A DNA stretch of 64,000 nt from the human T2T-CHM13v2.0 reference genome, Homo sapiens, in assembly GCF_009914755.1 (NCBI RefSeq), contig NC_060936.1; one strand, given 5' to 3'. Numbering within the stretch: the stretch's first letter is position 1; every line of letters starts with the position of its first letter. The position numbers were made by a program, and so were the translations under genes. Positions 1 to 15,300 of the stretch are shown here, piece by piece. The notes beneath the pieces are model-generated. The model did not search any database and was not told where the DNA came from. It saw only the letters and a program-made list of their open reading frames with translations.

Positions 1-22
1 AAATGCAAAGTCAAACTCATTA

Positions 23-244
<222 letters not shown>

Positions 245-1510
245 TTAGGCTTACACATAAAAGCACCTAAAATGCTAAAATAATCATTTTTAAATTCCTA
301 ACATTTGAATAGTATCTTCTCTTCAAGATACCAAAATATTGAGCAAATTTAAAAGCCCCTGTACTTGAAGACTATCTTAAGAAAAAGCTTTTGTTTACTT
401 TGGGGAAATAAATTGATATTATTCACCTTTGACCTTGAGAAAGTATAAGCACATACATTTATTTCTTACCTCTTTGCTAAAAAGATTTGAAGCAGTGCAC
501 ACAGTAATTCTAAAATTAAACTGACTACAATACATTACACTGAAAATCTAAAACCACTTCTTTCATTATTTATTCTTTCAGTATTTTAAAAATTTATTCT
601 TAATCACCAGTATCCTGACTTTTGATGCCAGCAAAGAATTGTACACAAAATCCAATCACATTGAAACAAGAAGAGTACTTAGTATATTCTTGTGTTTCGT
701 TATATAAACTGTCATTTGTGACTGAATGATCAGAATTACAGTTTCTGGCCAGATTACATAGGAAAAGTGGGAAACATTACTTTACGGTCATGATAAATTG
801 ATTTAGCCACCGAAGATTAGGATAGTGAAATGCTAAGTATGCCCCATTATGTTTGTATGTTATGTTTGTAAATAAAGCAGACATGGAGATTCTAACAGAC
901 ACTCACAAACTAACTAAAAAATGTGTAGGAACTGCAATTAAGGAGCAGTCTACTTATCCTGGTAGAAAAATCAATGCCTATCAATCATAATCTTAGCCTC
1001 CTAGTCTCCTGCTTCCAATCTTTTCTTTCGACAATAATCTCAACACAGTACTCGTAGGTACCCCTTGTCCCATTCCACACCTTTTTCCTACAACTCTTGC
1101 TTACCCTTACTGTTACTATTATTCAACAATCAACTAAGGTATCACCTAATCCAAGAACCAAATCCTCCATTTGTCTGTACCCTTTCTGCCTCCTCACACC
1201 TTTTGGATATCTCTTTTGCATTCTTTATATTATTATTATATTGAAATTTTATAGACCCCAAAACTCTTAGACTTTAGATTCCTAAAGGACAGGGATTATC
1301 AAGTTTTATTTATCAGCATACTTCTAAACATATAACACAACATTTGAACCAATATTAGGTCATTAACAATTGTGATGTGTGTCATGTGTACATAATATTT
1401 ACTGGGGGTCAGAAAGTTAAAATAATTCATGCCATTTTAGTTTTCTCTTTTGATAAAGAAAATAAGGTAATTCAGTAAGCGTGAGGATTATGGATGCTGA
1501 TTAGAGAATA

Positions 1511-1900
1511 GAGCAACTTGAAGTGTGGTCCCCAGTCTAGCACCAGTCTGCAGATTATTTTTACTTACATAAAATTGGGGAAAATAAATTTATATTAGCC
1601 TTCTTTGACCCACAACACCTTGAGTAAGCACAGGTACATACATCCATTTCTTACTTATTTACAAAAAATGTTTAAAGTAATGCAGAAATTGCAAGTAAGC
1701 ACTTTAGAAACTTCCACAACACTTGAACTTCCTGTAATCAATGACCTCCTCTCATTGAGTATAGATCAGTTCAAGTGTTTTCAAACTCCGATGGTGAGTC
1801 ACAAATGGGGCAAGCTCTGTATGGTCATGCACAATATTAACTCACCACAAATTGGAAAGAAGGGAAGGACTCGCCTTTAACAAATATTTTGAGAAGTGCT
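1511..1900. mobile_element. hAT-Charlie MITE (MER112/MER119-like), diverged
   Basis: Ends in ...TTTTGAGAAGTGCTG, a Charlie-type TIR; the internal sequence resembles this group. Confidence 0.45.
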
Positions 1901-2219
1901 GGGATCAAGGGCTTAAGAAGAATAGTGAAAGTCAGGAATAAGAGTAACTGGCAAGGATCAATTGTATAGGGAAAACATCATATATTAAACAAAACCCAAA
2001 ATATATAAATTTCAAGAATGATTCTATTTATGAAAAACTCAAAGAAAATAAAATAAAGCTAAAAAAAAGCTATTTATTTTAAAAGTTCACACAAAAAGCA
2101 CACAATTCTGCTTTAAAGAGAACTATATCACTTAAATATTTTATTATATTGTATATTATATTTCTTACAAATTAAGTTATACTACACATCTTGAAAATGT
2201 ATCACAATGTTAGCAGTAG

Positions 2220-2540
<321 letters not shown>

Positions 2541-3214
2541 TATAAATATAACTGATTTTTATTCATGCTTTATACTTTCCTGTATTTTCCAGAATTTTTG
2601 CCATAAACTGGTTATGATATTTATTAAACACTGTAAATGTAAAAAAACCAGCTCGAATTTTTTAAAAGACACTAAATTATGCACATAAACATATGGAGCT
2701 TATTTTCAAAAATATCCTTGGTCTAATTTTTCTTTTAAGTTTAATTTGTATAAACTTCAAAAAGTGAAGATATTTTGCTCTCCAAGGCTTACACAAAGTA
2801 CAGTGCTTTTGCACTAGGAATGCAATCCTAAAATTTTAAGCAAAAATTGAGGCACACGAAGAAAGGAATTAGAAGGGGTCATCTCCTTTGAGGGGTTACC
2901 ACCCATTAAGGAAATAGGTGAGGAACATGAGACTATTTAGCTGTAGCCTAAAACTCAGCAGAAATTCAAGATCCACAGTGAAAATATCTTAGACCACTTA
3001 TAAGGTAAGCAAACTTTCAAAAGTATTGAAGTTTTCAAGAGTTAAAATAGTAAGGGGAGGACATATATCATGTCTGCTTTGTTTTATAGTTAAGAAATAA
3101 ATACAGGAAAAAGCTACAATTTAGAAAACCCGAAAAAATTTACACTTGGCTGAAAAAATGAAAATTTTTATTCTGTTATAATAAGACCCCTCTTGATACT
3201 GAAGATCAAACTGA

Positions 3215-3672
<458 letters not shown>

Positions 3673-3756
3673 AAAACAGAACTTTATTTCTAAACCAAAC
3701 GGATTATAAACTTAAAAGGATTTAATATTATCCAAAATTATTTGGATAATAGTTGT

Positions 3757-4146
3757 TGATACAGTTTGGATCTGTGCCCTCACACAAATCTCATGTAAAA
3801 TTGTAATCCCCAGTGTTGGAGGTGGGGCCTTGGTGGGAGGTGATTAGATGTTGGGGGCAAATTTCCCTCTTGGAACTGTTCTCATGATAGAGTTCTCAGG
3901 GGATCTGGTTGCTTAAAAGTGTTTGGCACCTTCCTCTCCTTCCTCCTGCTCCAGCCCTGTAAAGTTCTCACTCCCTCTTTGCCTTTTGTCATGACTGTAA
4001 GTTTCCTGTGGCCTCCCTAGAAGCCAAGCAGCTGCCAGAATCATGCTTCCTGTAGAGCCTACAGAACTGTAAGACAATTAAACCTCTTTTCTGTATAAAT
4101 TACCCAGTCTCAGGTATTTATGGCAGTGCAAGAACGAACTAACACA
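3757..4146 (+). mobile_element. MST-family (MaLR) solo LTR
   Basis: TG...CA ends, MST/THE1 motifs (TGTAATCCCCAGTGTTGGAGGTGGGGCC; AATTACCCAGTCTCAGG) and a perfect 5-bp TSD GTTGT. Confidence 0.92.
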
Positions 4147-4669
4147 GTTGTTCAAAAAGAAACCTTGCTAGTTTAAATACTAGATTTGTTGTATAGCATC
4201 TAATAATCTTTTCAGTAAATATGATGTTACATTATTGCAAACACTGTAAAATAGATTCACTGTGGTTGTTGGTAACTTGTTGAATTGTGCTATGATTGAA
4301 TTTAAATCCCAAAAATGTTTCCATTTGTAAAGCCAACATATTTACAGAGGGGAATACATTACCATAAAAAAAAAAGCTGAAAAAACATATCAGAATGATG
4401 CAAGGTATGAGAAAGCAAGAATGTCAGTGATATTGGCAAAGTTAATAACCAGCCAACACTCTGTATTTCATTCAGTGGACATTAAGATTTTTCCACGTAT
4501 AAAAAAAAATTTGAATTTTTAGAAGACTTTGTAAAAAAAAAAGTACCAATAATATTTAAATTACTTTGTAATTACTTAGGAAAGAGTACTTTTTCAACAA
4601 AATTTTATTAGCTTTCTATTCTGTGCTAAGTACTTAAAACAGAAGCTACGATAAGAGAGAAAGTCCACG

Positions 4670-4812
4670 TACTATTGACTTCATATACAAGCTAAGTGGC
4701 CTTGAATAAATTACTTAACCTCTCTAGATTCATTTCCCTTATCTAGAAAATAGAATAATAATACCTACACCTCAAGGGATGCTAGGATTATGTGAAATAA
4801 CATACAAAATTA
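4670..4812 (+). mobile_element. MIR fragment
   Basis: MIR core TTACTTAACCTCTCT...AAAATAGAATAATAATACCTAC. Confidence 0.75.
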
Positions 4813-4957
4813 TTCACACATTTGAGATCCTTAACAGTATAAGGATTAGTTCCTCATCCTATTAGTTTGCTTTGCAATAAAAGTAGTTCTTATAAATCAT
4901 CTTACAAGCTTATTTAATAATGAATAATCAAAAGTCTGAGTAGAGGATAATCATCTA

Positions 4958-5080
<123 letters not shown>

Positions 5081-5586
5081 CTAAAAGAAAGAGAAAGAAA
5101 GACAGCAAAATGATACAAATTTACTAATTATAACAATTTTAAATAAAGAAAGTTTACAGAGAATAATATAGAGACATAATATAATTAAGAATATTTGTGT
5201 TTGGTTTTGTTTTACATTTGTAACCAATGTCACTGAAAATTTAGTACATATATATTAGTACTATATATAATACCGTATGTATATATTAGTACTATAGTAC
5301 TAATAGTACTAATTCTTTGAAACAGAAATAAGATTGACAACTTTAGTTACCCCTAGAATTATCAGAGCATCAGGTTATGTCCCCAGAAAATTGTCCATTC
5401 ATGTTACGCATTCTTCTCCTCAACTCAATGTAAAAATAAAATGTTTAGTTAGTTTAACAGTTTGATGCAAATTTTCGTTTTGCAATACAGTTCCCACGGG
5501 AAAAGAAAACCTTCTTTAATCACAACAAAAAAAATCAGTATTATTTCTCTGAACAAGGTATTCCTATGCAAGTATATCTATCCTTA

Positions 5587-5938
<352 letters not shown>

Positions 5939-6515
5939 CTAGTCAAATTACAGAACTCTGTAGTCACTCCTGCCACCCTGCTGTTTTTCCTACTGTCACT
6001 GAATTATCACCTACAAGATAAACATTATCCAAAATGTTGTTCACACTGGCCATCAGTAATGCAAACATCTATAACCATGACTTTGTTAGGAAAAATAGAT
6101 CATGCAGGGAGTGGCAACAGGATCACACTTTTTCATCATTCCCCCTTTCCAGAGCAGCTACTGTCATAAGCAATGGTAATACTGAAACTCTACTAGATAT
6201 GTCTCAACATGCTTCAAGAGCCTAAAGAGGAAAACAAAGCAATGGCTTTTGTCTTTTCCTGACAACATAAATGTAAATACCACCATGATTATATCTCCTA
6301 AGAAACTCAAAACAATGCAAGAAGTCCAGAATCCAGGCATGCCATTTTATACAACATTCACCCACATGTCGGACCATCAAGATGAGTATTGGAGTTGGAA
6401 GGTCTGGCTCTCTCTAATCAGGCTTGGTTGGTAATTTCCCCATAGACGGATCATAATCATATAGGAGTAAATATTGGGGGGTGATTAATGGGAGGAAAGC
6501 AGACACCACACACTC

Positions 6516-7227
6516 TATAACTGCCTTTGCAAAATTCATATCAGTGAGACAAGTATGACAGTGAGGGAAATCTGACCTAATCCACTCCATCTTGCCTTTA
6601 ATCTCTAAATTGCCCTTGTTCATTCCTATGCTGAGCTAACTAAAGGAGGAATTTATAGTTTAAAGAATTTTGAAAAGATGATAACAACCTTTTCCTGAAA
6701 CAAACCTCTTCTTCCCTGGGGACCAGCATGCCTTTGTAAAACTAACAAATTAGCCACAAGATTATTAGAAATTATGATTTAAGAGTCATGCAGCTAGAGA
6801 CCACGAGATTCCCAGCCTCCCCAATTGCTCCTATGGATAAGATGACTATTGTAAAACCTAAGATTGATGTTTGGATATTTTTTTAGACCCTGCATTCTGA
6901 TGCACCAGCTGACACCATGCAGACTGGTAATCTGGCTCAAGCAGTTCTGTAATCCCACCCTGGAACAGAAGACAGCAAGAAGAATCCACTTAGACCCCAT
7001 ATGATTTAACCTCCACTCCCCACTCCCTTAGCCCCCTCATTCACCAAATTATACTTTAAAAACTGCAGTCTCTGAATTTTTGGAGAGACTAATTTGAGTA
7101 ATAAAACTCCAGTCTTCCATTTAGCTGGCTCTGTGTGCATTAAACTTTTTCTCTATTGCAATTCCCCTGTCTTGATAAATCAGCTCTATCTGGGCAGCAG
7201 GCAAAAAGAATCCCTTGGGTGGTTACA
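6516..7227 (+). mobile_element. LTR8-family (ERV1) solo LTR, full length
   Basis: Matches the recalled LTR8 consensus end to end (GCCTTTGCAAAATT...CTATTGTAAAACCTAAGAT...GGTTACA). 4-bp TSD ACTC on both sides; AATAAA near 7100. Confidence 0.9.
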
Positions 7228-7411
7228 ACTCTGATGCTATTGGTGTCGCAGAAATTTAGGGATGTCATTACATTTGTGCAGGTACAAATATCCAGTTTTG
7301 TAATGAAGATAATAAGAACAAATTTAAAACACAAAACTTTGCTCTAAAATATTTCCTTCCATGTAATGAAGCTTTATGCTAACTAAATCACAAGGAGTTT
7401 TCCAATCAAAA

Positions 7412-7428
7412 TGCCACTAGGTGGCATG
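7412..7428 (+). promoter_or_regulatory. Candidate CTCF site
   Basis: TGCCACTAGGTGGCATG matches the CTCF core CCAC/G-YAG-RKGGC. Motif match only. Confidence 0.55.
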
Positions 7429-7593
7429 GTATTAAAGTTAATTCTTAATATAATCTAGAAAAATTATCATTTTGAAACAATCATTACTAAAAAAAATTAC
7501 AATTTCCAAAGTCAATAAAGTGACTGTCATAAAATGTTATCAAAAGGCTACTTTGAAGGTCTTCACCCATGAAATAACTTAATATTAAATTTT

Positions 7594-7903
7594 GGGCCAA
7601 GCGCAGTGGCTCGCGCCTGTAATCCCAGCACTTTGGGAGGTTGAGGTGAGTGAATCGCATGAGCCCAGAAGTTTGAGACTAGCCTGGGCAATGTGGCAAA
7701 ACCCCATCTCTACAAAAAATACAAAAATTATCTGGGTGTGGTGGCACTCGCCTGTGGTCCCAGCTTCTATGAAGTGGGAAGATCAATTGAGCCCGTGAGG
7801 TCAAGGCTGCAGTGAGCCATGATCGCACCACTGTACTCCAGGAGAGTGGGTGACAGAGTGAGACCCTGTTTTAAAAAAATAAAAGATAAAAATAAATAAA
7901 TAA
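7594..7903 (+). mobile_element. AluJ
   Basis: Diverged dimer with J-type GAGCCCAG/GCTGCAGTGAGCCATG. Confidence 0.9.
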
Positions 7904-8147
7904 GTTGATTTTGACAGTATATTGTTAAATGTGGAAAGAATTTTTCAAATAATTTGTATATCTATAATTTTCTGCACATATAAATTTTAGTACGACTAAA
8001 TTTATACACATGAAGAAAATCTGTAATATATAAAAACAGAAAAAAGCCTACAACATGAGGAGATTGGAGATTCAGTGCATTACTAATAACTGTTCTATAA
8101 TTTTCATTTCTTGGTTCAGTATCTGAAGGATTTCCATATGGATATTA

Positions 8148-8390
<243 letters not shown>

Positions 8391-8887
8391 TTAAGAAAAA
8401 TAATTGAAAATACTTTATTAATGTAACATTAAATATCCTCCTAACCTACCTTGCGCTTATCCCATGTACACATATAGGCACAACCAAAGAAACAGGCATA
8501 AAGCCAAATAAATTCAAAAATGTCTGCTGGCAATTAGAAATTTAAAGTCAGAAAAAGCCTGGATGGTCAGAACTCAACTATTATCAACTGAGGCTTTGCT
8601 TATGCTAATGAAGGGAAACCTACAGCATATAATCCTCAAAAGCAAAAGGTCTCAGGTGATGACATCCAACAACATATGGCCACAGCATGCTTTTTGGTTT
8701 TTCAGACATTTATACAATTTTTTATTTCAAAATCTTACATGGCTGACCAGCTTCAACTTAACTAGGATCAGAAAAGGAAATTAGAAAAAGGAATGACTAA
8801 ATGAACTGAATTTGGCTCAAATATATTCTCAGAGAATTCATGTGGTTTTAGGGAGATAAAAATTGAAAGTTTAAGAAATTAGAATTA

Positions 8888-9154
<267 letters not shown>

Positions 9155-9734
9155 TTATTAGTTCAGTTACAGGCACTTTTTGAGATGGACTTCTCAGTAT
9201 AATAGTGTATTATTTTTTAAATAGAAGAAAACACTGAGATTCCATTGTTGGCCATTTGCTGACATTTGCAGCTTCCATTCCAAAACTGTTATAGTAGAAC
9301 ACTTTGGTACAAACTGAGCAATAACTTGAATTATTCAGACGCTTCTCTATATTCCGTTAAAATTATTTTTTGTAATTTTTCTCAACAATCTCCCTCTAGG
9401 AGCCATGATACAGTTCTACATAGGTTAAAGCAAAAAGTACAAAAGGATTGTGGTCTCATTCTTCACCATCAATTGTCTAACCCTCTTTCTCTAGCTGTGA
9501 ATGAAAACTGTTCATAAATTGCCTTAGATTCTTTTGATGCTATGACAAATATGCTGACTTTATAATAATCCTGATATTTTTATACTAATATTCTGATTTT
9601 TTAAATGTGAGGAAAGAACACAAGATCTTAATTCCATGTCATGCTTCAGGATATAAATTTCATATCTTGATCTTAAGCAGATTATCAGCAAAGCTCACTA
9701 TTTAAATAAAGCCAACTATGCTCTGTTTTAACTA

Positions 9735-9899
<165 letters not shown>

Positions 9900-11050
9900 C
9901 TATCAAAAAAATATTAGAAATCTAATTTTAGCAGAAATTGTCTGGGTAGTTGTCATAACAACACATTACATAATGATTCCTTCATACAGATTTTTAAAGT
10001 ATTTCAAAATGACATATTTTTTCAAAATAACACATTAAAATGAATGAGGCTATTATTATAACAATTATAAGTAAATGCCAGATTTATTTACAAAAGTAAA
10101 AACAGTAAGTGACTTAATCATGACTAATGGGTTGAGGACTAGCTAAAATGATCTACTAATCCTTTGCAAGAGATAGTCAAATATTTACAAATACAAGCAA
10201 ACCCTAGAAACATGTGCCAAATGTGGACAAATCTTAAGCTTCAGAATATTTAAAGAATTTTTACTACTTGAGCTAAAAACATATTTCCTGTTGCCCTGAA
10301 ACCTTTCTTAACGTGTTGAAAAATTAACACTTAGCATGTTTGCAAGGTCAGTAACAATATTAGTGTTCCTGTATCAATAGTGGCTGAAAAAACCCAGATA
10401 CCTCCTTAGAAGAGAATATACACACCTATTTTTCTATCAATATGTTTTAAAGTTACAATGCCTGACAACATTTTGGAGGGTGAAAGGGAAGATGGAATAA
10501 CACTGTTTCTTTTCTTTTTCCACCATCATTTACTTTCCTTAGGAATACATAGTTATATTCTCTTTGGTTTTTACTAAATAAGGATATCCATTAAAACCAG
10601 CAGTAAAAAAAAAAAACTGATACTAATTTTTCTATGTTGTGCTACATAAGGCTGAGGAAAATTTTCATCAATGATGAAAATGATTAGCTCATGGATCAGG
10701 TAATTTAGACTAAATTCTCTTTGCACCAAGAACCTAGAATTATGCCACTGTCCACCAAAGTGCAATATTGCTCAAATCCTAGATGTCCTCTTAGTGTTAT
10801 TTTCCTTCTACTATGCTAGACAGCCTAAATTAATCCAAATCCACCACAACCTTTAGACATTATATCAAAACATCTGTCTACCTATGCAAGGATAACAATT
10901 TCTTCAGCCAGATAAGTGCTACAACCTCAGACCTATTATTTCTCACATACTTCCCCTACTTTTGGCCTTAGTCATTAAGTTCCCACCACTCTGTAAGCCT
11001 GTCTAAATTACAACAGTAATAACCTTTATCTATTGATAAAAATAAGTTCC

Positions 11051-11335
11051 TGGCTGGGCTCATACCTGTAACCCCAGCACTTTGGGAGGCAGAGGCAAGT
11101 GAATAGCTTGAGGCCAGGAGTTCGAGACCAGCCTAGGCAACATGGCGAAACCCCATCTCTACTAAAATTACAAAAAATTAGCCAGGTGTGGTGGTGCATG
11201 CCTGTAGTCCCAGGTACTCAGGAGGCTGAGGCACAAGAATCACTTGAACCCAGGAGGCAGGGGCTGCAGTGAGCCGAAATGGTGCCATTACACTCCAACC
11301 TGGGTGACAGAATGAGACTCTTATCTCCAAAAAAA
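11051..11335 (+). mobile_element. Alu (J/S), slightly 5'-deleted
   Basis: Alu dimer sequence. Confidence 0.92.
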
Positions 11336-11574
11336 TGGGGGGGGTTCTTAAATAAACAATATTAATTGTTCTTTTATTCTATGGACATTGGTCAAGTGTT
11401 TATAATCTTAAACTCAAACATCACTTCCTACAAGTAAGGAAAAGTTATTTCTACTATCTAATGTTAATTTACTCAAACAACATTTATTGAGTACTATCTT
11501 CAAAGCACTATACTTGAAGCCAACAGTATAAAATCATAAACACAGTCTATAAGAACAAAATTTAAAAGAAATTA

Positions 11575-11778
<204 letters not shown>

Positions 11779-11884
11779 CTAAACAAAAGAACAGAGAAAG
11801 ATTAGTGTTCAACCTTAACATAACCTTAAGAAACAAAAATGAAAGCGCAACTGAATTAACATTTCTGAAAAGTTTCAACTCCTA

Positions 11885-12229
<345 letters not shown>

Positions 12230-12741
12230 TCATGTAATTACCTAATGCTTATTCAGTTGAAAAGTTTAAATAAATTGAATTATAATGAATCAATTTCAGT
12301 ACATGAGATGACTTTCTTAATCCCAATGAGTTACTTAACAATCCCCCAAAATCATGAACAAAGTAAAATCCATCTTAAAATTAGATACTTACCCAAGTGG
12401 ATACTTTTCCTCTACTCTGTAAGAGGTAGACACTCAGTCCAATAAATTCTGCTACCAAAATGCTATTTGCTATTATTATTGTTTTAGATTTTTTTCTCTT
12501 TATTTCCAGTGATGATAGTATGGAAAAATAAAAAAGCAAGGACATTTATTTATCTTAATGTCTTGACGCCCTTGACTCGTCTTTTTTGCTAACTCTTCAC
12601 CAGTGGTTTCTGAACCTATTTGACCATTATGTTCTATCAGTGTAACATGTTAAGCATATTCCCACAATATATATGTATATATATATTCATTTATAAATAA
12701 TATTCATGTCCTACTATATTGATTTGTCATATATTGAAATA

Positions 12742-13096
12742 CTGTCATCTCTCAGTATCCATGAAAGATTGGTTTCACATTGGTTTCACAACTCCCCATG
12801 GATACCAAAATCCGCAGATGTTCAAGTCCCTGACATAAAATTATGTAGTATTTGCATATAACTTACACACTTATTCTCCTGTATACTTTAAATCATCTCC
12901 AGATCACTTATAATACCTAATACAATGTTAATGCTATGTAAATAGTTATTATACTGCATTATTTAGAGAATAATAAGAAAAGGAAGTCTGTACATATCCA
13001 GTACAGATGTAACAATCCATTATTTTTCTGAATATTTTCAATCCACAGTCAGTTGAATCTGTGGTTGTGGAACCCCTGAATATGGAGAGTTGACTG
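12742..13096 (+). mobile_element. MER2 (TcMar-Tigger MITE)
   Basis: Matches the MER2 consensus (GGATACCAAAATCC...TATTTGCATATAAC...GACTG). Contains an 11-bp tandem duplication ATTGGTTTCAC. Confidence 0.88.
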
Positions 13097-13526
13097 TGTA
13101 TAGAAAAGCAGAATTTTAAAAAGAAATAAATTAAAAATGAATATAAGTGAAAGTTCTAATATCTTCTCTCCAAAACTTAGTGAATTATTATGAGTTGCCT
13201 TTCCTCCACTGGAAGACCACCGCACTACACCCACCCCACATCCTCACACATCCACTTGAATCCAACACCATCCTATCTGTCTTCCCTCTCAAATTTCAAA
13301 ATCTGTTTTCAAAGAAGAAAAGTAAATATGAAGATATGTTCATAACAGAACAAACCAAAATCTAGTCCTATTCTATAGGCTCTATAAACAGGACAGACTA
13401 TTCTGGAATATAAACCACTCACTTACTGTACCAAAGTTTTTAAAGAGATTCCCTACTTGCCATGGAGAAAGAGAAGCAGTTTAAGGAAGAAAGGCAAGAC
13501 AACCACAGATGAAAAATATAAAATGA

Positions 13527-13818
<292 letters not shown>

Positions 13819-14759
13819 GAAAAATATAAAATGATCAAGACAGGTCAAGGAACAGATTTTAAAGGAATCTGGTCTCATAGCCTTATTTTGTGAAATTTAA
13901 AAAAAAAAAAAACTCAGGTCAATAGAGGTAAAATAGAGGTAAAAACAAGTTCATCTATTTATTAGAGATAAAGCCAAGCCCAAGTCCAGATCCCCTAAGT
14001 CTAACTCTTTCCAGTTCATTAAAATAAAAGGTTAACAGGAAGAACAGGAATGACAATAGAGAAAGGATTGAGTTTCTGCAAACCTGGTTTTCTAAAACAG
14101 AATTTTGTATGCCTCAAAAATATCTCATGTAAATAATATGTCAAGTAAAGAATATGCAACTATTTTTTCTCCTCTATGATACTGGTATTTTTCTTTAATA
14201 AAGTCTTCAGCTTTGTTTGTTTGCTGTAATGGAATGTACTAATCAATGTGGAGCTGTCCAGGTAATGAGGCAAGAGCAATGGAATGGCCAGTAGCAGACC
14301 TGAGTTTTACTACTTGTCACTCCATAGGTATCATGTGGTCTTCTCTCAGAGCACCAGCTTCCTCAACTGTGGTGGAAAACTATAATTTCCAAGATTGCTT
14401 TTAGATCTAATACTACTTAACTGTAGATACTGTATTATAGAAAAGGGAAAGATGGAAATCATATTGTGTACTGTAATACATATTAAATGATATTATAACA
14501 AACAAAGAATTTCTTGTAATTTCTTGTAGCTATGCACACAGACTATAAAAACAGCCCGTGGTAGTAGCAGGTTTGGCTTTCTGGTTCCACATAACCTAGA
14601 TGAGTGGTGTTTCTCTAAATTAATAATTTTTTGTTTCCAAACTCCTCTTCTCCTACCACATTACTTTTTACCACAGCAAAAAACCCAATCCTCTTTAGGA
14701 AAAACCACCATCTTGATTGTTGCCACGCCAGAAATAGGGAGAGTCAGAAACAACCTCAA

Positions 14760-15300
14760 TTCCATGTCAATTCCTCCCTCTTCCCTATTCCACCTATCTA
14801 ATCTAAGAGCTATTCTCTCTGAAATACTTCAGCCCACCAAGTTATTTCCTCCCCCATCAACACCACCCTAATGAAGGCCATCATTATCTCTTACTTAGAA
14901 TATTGCAAAGTCTTCTAACCAGTCTTCCTGTGTCAACTCTTGCCCTCACCAACCTGTTCCACACACTGTAATATGAGTAATTTGTAAAACAGGAAGTTGG
15001 TCAGCTCACTACCCTGCGTAAAACCCTTCAGTGCATCTCTAAATCCCTCTGCTTTGCCATGCTACATCTTTGCATTAAAGGATTTTCACTAGTAGCCGTG
15101 GTGATGGTTTATTTTAGGCAGTTTCACTACCAGCTATGCTCTCTCTTGTTTCTATGCCTCCAACTTACATTATTCCCTTTTCCTAGACACTCTTCTCCAC
15201 CCTTTCAATTCCCAACTCCTTTACCCGCCTGAATATTTTTCTTTCAATATCACTTGTTTTGGGAGCTCACACAAACTCTGCATTTCAACATAAAGTCCTG
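14760..15300 (+). mobile_element. L2 fragment
   Basis: Pyrimidine-rich L2 3' region motifs (GCCATCATTATCTCTTAC...AAAACCCTTCAGTG). Confidence 0.6.
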
